DNA of 64,000 nucleotides from an uncultured Rhodospirillaceae bacterium (GTDB lineage Bacteria; Pseudomonadota; Alphaproteobacteria; CAAGCB01; CAG-977): NCBI GenBank assembly GCA_900550445.1, contig URSF01000003.1, positions 1,158 to 65,157 of the forward strand, read 5' to 3'. Shown piece by piece: positions 55,503 to 64,000 of this stretch (position 1 is its first letter; each line of letters starts with the position of its first letter). The notes under the pieces were generated by a model. It saw only the letters and a program-made list of their open reading frames with translations, ran no database searches and was not told where the DNA came from. The position numbers and the translations under genes were made by a program.

Positions 55503-57326
55503 TTATTCTCCCGCCAGCAAAGGCAAAAGTGAAAAAATCAAAACAAACAGCCCCGTCAAAGACCAGATCAGAAAATCATACGGTCTGCCCGAATGAATTT
55601 TCTGCAGATTTTCCGCTGTTTTCTTTAATGCTCCGGGCAGCTTTTCCGTTAACAGCTCCGCTGCGGCGAACCGCCATGCGAATTCTGCCAGCGCCATGAA
55701 CAAGCGGACGAAAACGGCCTGATAAAAATCGGTCAGATAAAAGCCTTTCAGGCAAAAGCGGTTGATTTTTCTGAAAATTCCGTCGGACTGCCCCGCCGCA
55801 CCCGCTTTTTCCGTTTTGGAAAAAAACCATATTCCGGCCGGCAGACCGCAGTCCCCCGCCAGCAAAGACAATAAAACGCTCGCCGTTAAAGCGCCGGACA
55901 AATCGGGCAAAACGGACTGTTCAAAAACTTTGTTTTGGAAAAACGACAGCAGCAGCAAAATCATCAAAGGCAAAGATTCAATTTTCGACGGCTGGCGTAT
56001 TTTTGCCGCGGCGGAAGACGAAAGTTTCGATTCCGCCAAAAACGCACGAAACAGCAGACGCGCGAAAACAAACGCCAGCGCAAACAAATAAAACGTCAGA
56101 CAAAAACTGCCCGCTGTCATGGAACGTTCTTTTAAAACCGCGTACATATCCAGAATAACCGCCGAATTACCGATCTGCGGAAACCCGACGCAGCATACGG
56201 AAAACAACAGCATGGACCAAAACGAAAACGGCAGGTGTTTTTTCAATCCCCCCATGCGCAGCAAATCTTCTTCCCCCTGCAGCGCCTGAATAACCGTCCC
56301 CGCGCATAAAATCAGTCCCGTCATCGGCGTAATCAAAGCGATGTAGGCGCAGAACGCGGCGTCTCTGCCGATCAGGCCGAACACCGTCAAAACGAAACCG
56401 AACTGCCCCATCAGCAACTGGCAAAGCAATACTTTGATATTTGTCTGCGCGGCGGCCGTCAGCAACCCGCCCAGCGCCGTCAATATTCCCCAAACCGTAA
56501 AGACCGTCCGCACGGCCGGATCAGCGTCCATGAACGGAAAAAAGACATACAGCACATAAACGCCCAGTCCGCCCAAAGCCGCCGGCGCGATAAAAGCCAA
56601 AGCCGGCACGGAAATCCCGGCCGTCTGGGCGATCAGAATATTGGTGCCGAACAAAAACAGTTTTGCCGAAACGCTTAATAAAACCAAAACGGCGAAAACA
56701 ACCGCTTCGGCGCCCTGAAAAGCGGACAGAGAATCGGCTGAAAAGGCGGCGACGAAAAAACTGCCCGTCTTATCCGCCAGCATATAAAAAGCGCAAAACA
56801 AAGGAATATCGCTTAACGTATGCCAGATCAGGAAATTCACTCCCGACTGGCGCACCGCCTGTTTTTCATGAAACAGCATCAGCAAAAGATAAGCAAACAG
56901 AACGGACAAATCCCAGCCGATAAAAAACTGAAACATATTTTTCGCGCCGATACCTATAATCAGAAACGACGTCAATCCCAGCAAAGAAACAACAAAGCCG
57001 TTCATTTTTTCGGCCGGCAGAAAATCCTTGGCATACAGCAGGCTCATCAGTGCGGAAAAAACAATAAAAACGGCCAGAAATATTTCCGTCGTTTCCAAAT
57101 GCAGCCGCCAGTCATAAACGACGCCGTTCCACGTCAGAAACGGCAGCAGAAAAACGCTGTAAACCTGTCCGTGAAAAAAATTTTTAAAGGCCATCGACAC
57201 AATATTCAGAAATGCCAAGCCGGCCGCGGCGGTTCCGATTTCCCACGCGAACGTGCGTTTTTTCAAAAACGCCGCCGCAAAAACATAACAAGCGGCAAAA
57301 AAAGGCAGAAGAACAGCAAAAACCAT
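55503..57326 (-). CDS. nuoL: complex I subunit L (divergent)
   Basis: 607 aa. NMFQFFIGWDLSVLFAYLL shows an antiporter-like fold. The gene occupies the position between nuoK and nuoM. Confidence 0.8.
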   Translation of the reverse strand: MVFAVLLPFFAACYVFAAAFLKKRTFAWEIGTAAAGLAFLNIVSMAFKNFFHGQVYSVFLLPFLTWNGVVYDWRLHLETTEIFLAVFIVFSALMSLLYAKDFLPAEKMNGFVVSLLGLTSFLIIGIGAKNMFQFFIGWDLSVLFAYLLLMLFHEKQAVRQSGVNFLIWHTLSDIPLFCAFYMLADKTGSFFVAAFSADSLSAFQGAEAVVFAVLVLLSVSAKLFLFGTNILIAQTAGISVPALAFIAPAALGGLGVYVLYVFFPFMDADPAVRTVFTVWGILTALGGLLTAAAQTNIKVLLCQLLMGQFGFVLTVFGLIGRDAAFCAYIALITPMTGLILCAGTVIQALQGEEDLLRMGGLKKHLPFSFWSMLLFSVCCVGFPQIGNSAVILDMYAVLKERSMTAGSFCLTFYLFALAFVFARLLFRAFLAESKLSSSAAAKIRQPSKIESLPLMILLLLSFFQNKVFEQSVLPDLSGALTASVLLSLLAGDCGLPAGIWFFSKTEKAGAAGQSDGIFRKINRFCLKGFYLTDFYQAVFVRLFMALAEFAWRFAAAELLTEKLPGALKKTAENLQKIHSGRPYDFLIWSLTGLFVLIFSLLPLLAGE

Positions 57327-57332
57327 TATGCC

Positions 57333-57641
57333 TTATCCTTTCATCGTCCCGATATGATCCGCAATCAAATGGTCGTGTTTTTTAAAGTACAGCAAAAACA
57401 ACGCCAGCGACGCAACCATCTGGACGCCGGTCAAACAAGCCGTAAACAAAGAAAAAATCAATCCGGAAGCTTCATAAAACAAAGCGCTGCCCATTGAAAA
57501 GTTAAACAGCGAGCCTAAAAAAATCAGTTGCAGAGCCAGCAAAACGCGCATCAGATCTCCTCTGTGGCGCAAGATTCCCCACAACCCGAAAAACACCAGA
57601 AAAGAACTGATCGTCAAAATAACCGGCACATCTACTGTCAT
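57333..57641 (-). CDS. nuoK: complex I subunit K (both membrane Glu replaced by Gln)
   Basis: 102 aa with three TM helices and the typical ...TMKG ending. LLALQLIFLG and TGVQMVASLAL align to ..IELM.. and ..AAAEAAIGLA.. Confidence 0.8.
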   Translation of the reverse strand: MTVDVPVILTISSFLVFFGLWGILRHRGDLMRVLLALQLIFLGSLFNFSMGSALFYEASGLIFSLFTACLTGVQMVASLALFLLYFKKHDHLIADHIGTMKG

Positions 57642-57645
57642 CGCT

Positions 57646-58158
57646 TTATCCTTCCTGTGCTTTTTTTCCGGTCAGCAAAGCCGACAAACCGACCATGCAT
57701 GACAGGATCAAAGCGGCAAAAATCAAAACGCACAGGCTGTAATCCGCATACAGAATATCCCCCAAAACCGGCAAAGAAAAAACCGGCGCGGCTTCTTCGG
57801 ACGGCCATTGCGGTTTAAAAAACAAATATACGGTCTGCGCGCACAGCAGCATAAAAAACACAAAAGACGCCGCCGGCGCTTTTTCGGGAACAGTCGACTG
57901 CGTGCGGCGAAAATCAAAAACAATCAAGGCGAACATTAAAAAAACCAACATTGACGCCGCCGACATCGACAACAGAGCAAAGCTGACAAACCTGGCATTC
58001 AGGCCGGCTAAAATTCCCGCCACCGCAACAACGGCCTGTACCTGACAAAAAGCCGCATATAAAATATGTTTGACGCTAACCGACAGAAAAGCCGCCGTCA
58101 GCACCAGCAGGGCAAAAATATAAAACTCAACCGCGTACATCAGCTTTTTCCTTTTCAA
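57646..58158 (-). CDS. nuoJ: complex I subunit J
   Basis: 170 aa with five hydrophobic helices, lying between nuoI and nuoK. The likely start is at 58140 (MYAVEF...). Confidence 0.65.
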   Translation of the reverse strand: MKRKKLMYAVEFYIFALLVLTAAFLSVSVKHILYAAFCQVQAVVAVAGILAGLNARFVSFALLSMSAASMLVFLMFALIVFDFRRTQSTVPEKAPAASFVFFMLLCAQTVYLFFKPQWPSEEAAPVFSLPVLGDILYADYSLCVLIFAALILSCMVGLSALLTGKKAQEG

Positions 58159-58474
58159 ACATCAACGCCTTCCGGGGGCAGGATTCAATACACAGTCCGC
58201 AGGAAACGCACCGTTCGCCGGATAATTTGAAATCAACCGGCATACGGTCGTCCCGTATTAATGTTTTTACCTCGATTGCCCGGGACGGACAAATTTTCAT
58301 ACATAATTTGCACCCTACGCATTTATCCGGATCAACCGCAGGCAGGCGCGCTCTGACGCTTTCGGCGAACTTTATTTTCTGTCCGGCACCCTGTCCGACG
58401 ACATAACGCAAAACGACAAACAGACTGCGCCAGACGTCCGCGAAAAAAACCGAATGAATCTTTTTCATATTCAT
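58127..58474 (-). CDS. nuoI: complex I subunit I (short 2x[4Fe-4S] ferredoxin)
   Basis: CVGCKLCMKICP and CVSCGLCIESCP. 115 aa. Confidence 0.8.
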   Translation of the reverse strand: MNMKKIHSVFFADVWRSLFVVLRYVVGQGAGQKIKFAESVRARLPAVDPDKCVGCKLCMKICPSRAIEVKTLIRDDRMPVDFKLSGERCVSCGLCIESCPRKALMFEKEKADVRG

Positions 58475-59485
58475 CTAGGCTCCTTTCTGCATGAAATACA
58501 GGATTCCCGCCGTCCCGACCAGCCAGACCAGAGCGAAAGGCAGAAAAACCTTAAAGCTCATATTCATCAACCTGTCCGTCCGCCAGCTGGGCAGAACGTA
58601 TTTCATCAGCGTCAAAATAAAAAGCAGCAGGCACGTTTTTATCGCCAGCCACGCGAACGACGGCAAACCGGCCGACCCGAACAAAGGCATCGTACCGCCC
58701 AGAAATAAAACACTGCCCAAAGCCGCGCATAACAGCAGCAAAATATTTTCACACGCCAAAAACAACAGATACAGACCGCCGCCGTATTCCGCGCAAACGC
58801 CGCCGGCCAGTTCTCTTTTGGATTTCGGAGCTTCAAACGGCGCCTGCCCCAGCAGCATGGCAACCGACAGCAAGTATAAAACAAACAGCGGGAAATGAGG
58901 CGCGACAAACCATATTTTTCTTTGCGCCCTGATAACGGAATACAAATCCGGCGCCCCCGCCGTCATTAAAATCGTCATCACGACGACCGTCAGGATCGAC
59001 TGGCAGCACAGCGACTGCGCGATCATGCGCACCGCCCCGAAGAAACTGAACCGTGTCGCGCTGCTCCACCCGCCGGTAATAAAAGCGTACGTGCCGCAGG
59101 ACGCGACGAACAGCAAATATAACAAGCTGAAATCAGGGTGCAGAAAATATTCCTGATTAACCGGCAGGAAAAAAAAGAAAAACAAAGAAAAGACAAAAGC
59201 AAACAACGGCGCCGCGACAAACAGCGTTTTTTGCGCATGTTCAGGAACAGCCGGCTGTTTCAACAGCATGACGCAACCCCGGCGCAGCCGCCGGATAACA
59301 GACCGAACCGGCCGCATTTCAATTCTGGCGCGCAGTATTTCCTGTCCCTGACAGACTAACAACCCGGACGCCAAAATGACGGCGCAATATAAAAAAGCAT
59401 GCAGCATCATACTGCCGGCCGGCGCCAGTTCATGTAAAAAGGGCCGAATTTCCGTTTCAATCAAAGAATTAAGAAAATCATTCAT
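58475..59485 (-). CDS. nuoH: complex I subunit H (divergent)
   Basis: Start set at the ATG at 59485, which overlaps the nuoG stop (ATGA). GGWSSATRFSFFGAVRMIAQS and APFEAPKSKRELAGGVCAEYGG align to NuoH signatures. Confidence 0.8.
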   Translation of the reverse strand: MNDFLNSLIETEIRPFLHELAPAGSMMLHAFLYCAVILASGLLVCQGQEILRARIEMRPVRSVIRRLRRGCVMLLKQPAVPEHAQKTLFVAAPLFAFVFSLFFFFFLPVNQEYFLHPDFSLLYLLFVASCGTYAFITGGWSSATRFSFFGAVRMIAQSLCCQSILTVVVMTILMTAGAPDLYSVIRAQRKIWFVAPHFPLFVLYLLSVAMLLGQAPFEAPKSKRELAGGVCAEYGGGLYLLFLACENILLLLCAALGSVLFLGGTMPLFGSAGLPSFAWLAIKTCLLLFILTLMKYVLPSWRTDRLMNMSFKVFLPFALVWLVGTAGILYFMQKGA

Positions 59486-61428
59486 TTTGACAAAGCCCTT
59501 TTCAACACGGCGGCATATTCCGACTGACGGCAAAGTTCGTCGTCAAAAATATCGCCTTGAACGATCAGCGGCATTTCACCGATCTGCCCCGGAACGCCGA
59601 ATGCGACATTCTCCGCGGCGGCGATTTCTCCGCGGTTGTAAAAAATAATGTTTTCTCCGGCCAGATAATCGCGGATATCTTCCAGATCATCGTACGGCAA
59701 AGGCGCCGTTCCCAGATATTCGGACAAAGCCCGCAGGATTTTCCAGTCTTCGCGCGACATGCCGAACGGCGGCGAGACGACGGCCGTGCTTTGGGCCCGG
59801 CCTTCCGCATTAACGTATGTCGCCCGTTTTTCACTGAAAGCCAGCCCGGGCAAAACGACGTCGGCGTCCTGCGCGGCGGCGCAAGCGTATATTCCCTGAT
59901 AAACGGTAAAAGCGCCGCCCAGATCCCGGCGAGACACGCCGTCTTCGTTTAACAGATATACAAAATCGAATTCCCCGTTTTTAATCTTCGGCCTTAAGGG
60001 AACCGAACTGACCAGTCCCAATTCCAGCGCGCCGGCCAAAGCTGCCTTTCCGTGCAAGAAATTATATCCGTTCCAGTCACCGCGGATTACGTTATACTTG
60101 GCGCAAATACGGCAGATCAGATCCATGACGGCCGCAGCGTCGTTTCTTTGCAAAACGGACGGCCCGACGATAATCATCGGCTTTTCGGCGCGTTTTAACA
60201 TCAGCGCCCCGCTTCCCGTTCCGTTTAAAATATCGCTCAAAACCTGCGGCGAAATCCCCAAAACATCATAACCCGCGCCAGCGTTGTCACCAATAAACGC
60301 TTTAGGCATCTTATTGCCGCGCAGCAGCCAGCCGACAGCCGGCGCCAGATCATCGACGCGCACGCCGATACACAACAAAGCGTCGGCTTCCTTTATCCGC
60401 GCAAACGGCGTGTTGAACAAACGGGATTGGCGGCTGTTCAGATCAAAATACATTGTATCGTCCGGGCGGGCGTCAATGGCTTTGGCTCCGATCAGGGCGA
60501 ACAGGTCTTTTAAAGCCAGCATACTTTCGCAATCGGCGAAATCCCCGATCAGCGCGGCCGTTTTTTCCGGCGACACGGATTTTATTTTCGACGCGATCGT
60601 GACAAAAGCCTCCGTCCACGAACATTCTTTCAGCCGCCCGTCAATCCGCGCATAAGGCCGGTCCAGACGATTAATACGCAGCCCGTCCAGACAGAACCGC
60701 GCTTTGTCCGAAATCAGTCCGCCGGGTTCGGCGGGCGTTACGCGAACGATTTCCCCCTGCAACGTTTCGATTTCAACGGCGGCGCCGACGGCGTCCGTCA
60801 CATCAATGCCGCGCGTTTTTACCGTTTCCCACGGCCGCGTCAGTTTTTTTGCCGCGGCATTCGTCAGCGTTGCCGAAGGGCACAAGTCAATCAGCGTTCC
60901 GGATAAAAGAAACGGCGGACAAAAGACCGGAGGAACCGTTTCGTTTTGCGGCGCCGCTCCCGCCTTTTTCAAAAAAGCGACACACCGGCCGCAGCGGATA
61001 CATTTTTCCGGCGTAACGTCAATCCAGTCCAGCAGCCTGCGTTTTTTGCCGGCGGCGGATCCGGACTGAATTTCAGGGCGGACGGAAGCGCATATTTTCT
61101 GAATGTCGCAGTTTCCCGCTTTAACGCAGACGGCACAAGCCGCCGGGTGGCCGGCAAACAGTTCCTCTGCCCGGGCGCGAACGGCCGCAACGGCTTTCGG
61201 CGTTTTGGTAAAAATCTTCATACCGTCTTCGGCCGGCGTCCGGCAGGCTAAAACAGGATCGTCCGTCCCCGATATCTCAACCAGACATAAACCGCACCAC
61301 CCGTTCGATTCCGGCACGCGGCCGTCGCATAAATGCGCGATTTCGACCCCGGCGGACAAAACGGCCTGCAAAACAGAACTGCCTTCCCGTACTTCAACGG
61401 CTTTGTCGTTAATCCATAAACTGATCAC
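59482..61428 (-). CDS. nuoG: complex I subunit G
   Basis: Start set at the GTG at 61428, which overlaps the nuoD TGA. Fe-S motifs are CDGRVPESNGWCGLCLVE...C, HPAACAVCVKAGNC and CIRCGRC. Confidence 0.85.
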   Translation of the reverse strand: MISLWINDKAVEVREGSSVLQAVLSAGVEIAHLCDGRVPESNGWCGLCLVEISGTDDPVLACRTPAEDGMKIFTKTPKAVAAVRARAEELFAGHPAACAVCVKAGNCDIQKICASVRPEIQSGSAAGKKRRLLDWIDVTPEKCIRCGRCVAFLKKAGAAPQNETVPPVFCPPFLLSGTLIDLCPSATLTNAAAKKLTRPWETVKTRGIDVTDAVGAAVEIETLQGEIVRVTPAEPGGLISDKARFCLDGLRINRLDRPYARIDGRLKECSWTEAFVTIASKIKSVSPEKTAALIGDFADCESMLALKDLFALIGAKAIDARPDDTMYFDLNSRQSRLFNTPFARIKEADALLCIGVRVDDLAPAVGWLLRGNKMPKAFIGDNAGAGYDVLGISPQVLSDILNGTGSGALMLKRAEKPMIIVGPSVLQRNDAAAVMDLICRICAKYNVIRGDWNGYNFLHGKAALAGALELGLVSSVPLRPKIKNGEFDFVYLLNEDGVSRRDLGGAFTVYQGIYACAAAQDADVVLPGLAFSEKRATYVNAEGRAQSTAVVSPPFGMSREDWKILRALSEYLGTAPLPYDDLEDIRDYLAGENIIFYNRGEIAAAENVAFGVPGQIGEMPLIVQGDIFDDELCRQSEYAAVLKRALSK

Positions 61429-62585
61429 CGGTCCGTCTCCGTCGTTATGAGGTTCAAAGAACTCAAAATCACGCGCACATCGGCCAGATCGCACCCGGCC
61501 GTCAGCTTGTCCAGCGCCTGCATGACGGGAAAACCGGCCGATCGGAAATGGCATCTGTAAGGTCTTTGAGTACCGCTTGAAACCAGAAACACGCCGAATT
61601 CTCCCAGCGGCGATTCCGTCGCCGCATAAACTTCACCGGCGGGAATGACCGTCCCCGCGCCGTACAATTCAAACCGGCGGCTGAGTTCCGTTAAAGAATC
61701 CGGATCGTCATTTATGCTGAAATCGGGCAGAATAACATCGCCTTCGGGCAAAACGTCCAATATCTGCCGGATAATCGACATCGACTGATAAATTTCAAAA
61801 ATCCTCAACAGATAACGCGCGTAACAATCCCCCTGCGTTTTTAACGGCATATCGAAAGAAAGGGCATCATAAATTTCATACGGTTCGGAAATTCTCAAAT
61901 CCCACCTGACGCCGCAGGCGCGCAGATTAACCCCCGAAAAACCGGACGAAACAGCGTCCTGAGCTTCAATGACGCCGATTCCGACGGTCCGAGATTTAAA
62001 AATCCTGTTTTCCGTCAGCAAATCCTCGATTTCCGTTAAAACGGACGGCAGTTCTTTTGTCAGCCAGTTAAAGATCAGTTCCGCGGACTGCGGCGCGATA
62101 TCGTGTTTTACTCCGCCGGGACGAATATATACGCTTAAAGGACAGGACAGACACACTTTGTCCAGCAGCGCGTAAATCCGTTCGGACGCCTTGCGTACCA
62201 CCGGATAAACAATATCCGTTCCCGTATCCGCCGCCAAATTCGCCGTTGCGCGCAAATGTGACAATATCCGCCCCGTTTCCGCCAACATAACCCGAATACA
62301 GGCCGCCCGGCGCGGCACAGAAACGCCCAGCAGCTTTTCCGCCGCCAGCACAAAAGAATGAACGCAGGAAAACGGCGCCGACCGGTTCAGCTTATCCGCC
62401 AAAACCAGTCCCTGCAGCAAATTTTGTTCTTCCATCAGTTTTTCAATGCCGCGGTGGGAAAACCCGATATGCGGGTCAATCCGGCGCACCGTTTCCCCGT
62501 CCAGCTGAGCGACCAGCCGGCACATGCCGATTCCGGCCGCCGGTTCCGGCGCAATATTCATAAAACTGCCGTCTTCAAACATCAT
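61425..62585 (-). CDS. nuoD: complex I subunit D (divergent quinone-site residues)
   Basis: 386 aa. DPHIGFSHRGIEKL and the C-terminal ESPLGEFGVFLVSSG...PYRCHFRSAGF...ITTETDR are NuoD-like. Confidence 0.85.
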   Translation of the reverse strand: MMFEDGSFMNIAPEPAAGIGMCRLVAQLDGETVRRIDPHIGFSHRGIEKLMEEQNLLQGLVLADKLNRSAPFSCVHSFVLAAEKLLGVSVPRRAACIRVMLAETGRILSHLRATANLAADTGTDIVYPVVRKASERIYALLDKVCLSCPLSVYIRPGGVKHDIAPQSAELIFNWLTKELPSVLTEIEDLLTENRIFKSRTVGIGVIEAQDAVSSGFSGVNLRACGVRWDLRISEPYEIYDALSFDMPLKTQGDCYARYLLRIFEIYQSMSIIRQILDVLPEGDVILPDFSINDDPDSLTELSRRFELYGAGTVIPAGEVYAATESPLGEFGVFLVSSGTQRPYRCHFRSAGFPVMQALDKLTAGCDLADVRVILSSLNLITTETDR

Positions 62586-63165
62586 TTCGATCGTCCTGAT
62601 TTAAATCAACGCCGAAAGAACGGACAGCCGTTTGATCCGGACGGCTGACAAAGACGCACTGTTCTTTTGCTTCATCATAAATCAAATGTTTCGTTCCCCC
62701 GGTCGGAAACGTTTTACGCAAAGGATAAAACCCCGTTTCGTCCTGAGTCAGCAGCCGACGCAGATCAGGGTGGCCTTCAAAAGAAACACCGAACATTTCC
62801 CGTATTTCGCGTTCATACCACACCGCGTTCGGAAAAACCGGCGCCGCGGACAAAACGGGCACATCTTCTTCGGTCGTCAATACCAGCCGCAGACGGCGGC
62901 TCATCAAAGGACTCAGTAAATGATACGTCAAAGTAAAACAATCCTGCCTGTCCGGATAATGCGTACAGCAAACGTCGGTCAGCTGAGAAAAACGGCAGGC
63001 CGGATCGTCGCGCAGAAACTGCATGACCCGCAGCACGGCCGCCCGCAGAACACGCAAAGTCAGCATGCCCGACACGACAACATTTTCGGGAATGTCCTGC
63101 TTAGCGAAATGCAGACAGATAAACTGTCCGAATTCTTCCTGCGTTTTACAAACCGAAATCGCCAT
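62575..63165 (-). CDS. nuoC: complex I subunit C
   Basis: Start set at the ATG at 63165, just after the nuoB stop. The NuoC-like core is AAPVFPNAVWYEREIREMFGVSFEGHPDLRRLL. Confidence 0.75.
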   Translation of the reverse strand: MAISVCKTQEEFGQFICLHFAKQDIPENVVVSGMLTLRVLRAAVLRVMQFLRDDPACRFSQLTDVCCTHYPDRQDCFTLTYHLLSPLMSRRLRLVLTTEEDVPVLSAAPVFPNAVWYEREIREMFGVSFEGHPDLRRLLTQDETGFYPLRKTFPTGGTKHLIYDEAKEQCVFVSRPDQTAVRSFGVDLNQDDRNDV

Positions 63166-63166
63166 G

Positions 63167-63631
63167 CTACCCTTCCCTGATCCTGTCCCGAATAATGCCG
63201 CGCAGCTTTTCCACGCCGGCAACCAATCCGGCCGCGTCGGGCGGACAGCCGGGAACGCACACGTCCACCGGCAGAATATCCCGGACGGCGGCCACCGCAT
63301 AAGAATTTGCGAACAGCCCGCCGTTAATCGCGCAGTTTCCGAAAGCAATCACATATTTCGGCGTCGGCATCTGATCATAAATCCGCCGGGCGACAACGGC
63401 CGCTTTGGCGCTTAAAGCCCCGTTGACGACCAGTACATCGGCATGGTGCGGATTAAAAACGGGTTCCATACCCGCCCGGTTCATTTGCGCAAAACAGGAA
63501 CAACACCCCGTTGAAACCGGCATGCCCGTTTCCGCCTGAGCGCACACCCAGGCCGCCAAAGTCTGAAAAGCCACGGCGGCGACCCCGTGTTTTTGCAGTC
63601 TGTCCAGCCAGCCGTCCCGCTTTATTTCCAT
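63167..63631 (-). CDS. nuoB: complex I subunit B
   Basis: N2-cluster Cys contexts are retained: TGCCSCFAQM, FGNCAINGG and VPGCPP. Confidence 0.85.
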   Translation of the reverse strand: MEIKRDGWLDRLQKHGVAAVAFQTLAAWVCAQAETGMPVSTGCCSCFAQMNRAGMEPVFNPHHADVLVVNGALSAKAAVVARRIYDQMPTPKYVIAFGNCAINGGLFANSYAVAAVRDILPVDVCVPGCPPDAAGLVAGVEKLRGIIRDRIREG

Positions 63632-63999
63632 TCCAGCGCCCCTTTTTTATATTCATAAAAATAGCCGATTCCCCAAAAAACAACAACCAGCAAAGCCGTC
63701 GCGATCCCCTGGCCTTCCGACAGACGCAGCGACATCGCCCACGGTAGCAGCAGCAGAAATTCGGCGTTAAACAAAACGAACAGCAGCGCGACAAAGGCGA
63801 AACGAACGGGAAACCGGCTGGTCACGGAAGAAAGAATATAAAACCCGCCGGCGTAACCGTCGTTTTTAACGGTTTGCTTATACCGGCCGAACAGCTTAAA
63901 GCTCAAATACGCGGCAAATTTCAAAGCAGCCGCGCTGACGATCAGAGCGGTTACGAAAAAGATTAAAAAATAAAAATAAGCGTGCGTCACGTTTTCCAT
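63622..63999 (-). CDS. nuoA: complex I subunit A
   Basis: 125 aa with three TM helices. FVLFNAEFLLLLPWA aligns to the F-D-x-E...FPW signature. It is the first gene of the operon. Confidence 0.75.
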   Translation of the reverse strand: MENVTHAYFYFLIFFVTALIVSAAALKFAAYLSFKLFGRYKQTVKNDGYAGGFYILSSVTSRFPVRFAFVALLFVLFNAEFLLLLPWAMSLRLSEGQGIATALLVVVFWGIGYFYEYKKGALEWK

Positions 64000-64000
64000 A

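Noticed and set aside
61429-61554. Whether the 42-codon 5' extension of the nuoG ORF hides a remnant of nuoE or nuoF.
   Set aside because: The extension lies inside the 3' end of nuoD in another frame. It reads MPFPIGRFSRHAGAGQADGRVRSGRCARDF..., with no thioredoxin-like NuoE Cys motif and no NuoF FMN/NADH Gly-rich motif.

Overview
This 64-kb chromosomal window looks alphaproteobacterial: it has flaF, a class-I LysRS, gatCAB with no GlnRS seen, and nuoN-birA-rnj synteny. Roughly two thirds is core genome and one third is lower-GC accessory DNA.

Left to right:
- A partial XRE/S24 repressor.
- A flagellar cluster. The minus strand carries fliL-fliM-(DUF)-motE-like-cheY-like-TPR-membrane protein. 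The plus strand carries flgF-flgG-flgA-flgH-flaF behind a sigma54-type promoter.
- A complete N-type ATPase operon, atpD-C-Q-R-B-E-F-A-G.
- An atypical ClpB-like AAA+ protein with a degenerate first ATPase domain and a proline-rich tail.
- dapF and dapL, a small acidic ORF, and gltX.
- A low-GC islet with a lipoprotein and a DUF4143 ATPase preceded by 33-bp-phased direct repeats.
- A DinG-like helicase, then lysK-ddpX.
- An accessory block at 32.9-40.8 kb: a C15 tract in front of a Cys-rich secreted protein plus a 5' gene remnant, two tandem PPPDE/DeSI-like His-Cys hydrolases, DUF805, DUF4396, tRNA-Ser(GCU) and an orphan internally duplicated protein.
- gatCAB with a second copy of the small acidic ORF, then yhhQ and ruvX.
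- Three paralogous HExxH proteins around mscS, then rnj and birA.
- A 12-gene nuo operon.

Most interesting leads:
1. Four predicted hydrolases from two unrelated folds end in the same Ala/Ile-rich ...RGR-COOH tail. This may be a shared C-terminal export or translocation tag for an effector set.
2. The complex I operon lacks nuoE/nuoF. By-eye alignment shows its quinone-site residues and membrane acidic residues systematically replaced (E->Q, D->N, E->K), yet all 12 ORFs are intact.
3. The poly-C tract sits in the promoter of the Cys-rich surface protein and may drive phase variation.

I saw no rRNA, CRISPR array, transposase or integrase. All family calls rest on motif recognition by eye. Coordinates I derived myself (hairpins, repeats, tRNA) may be off by 1-2 nt.
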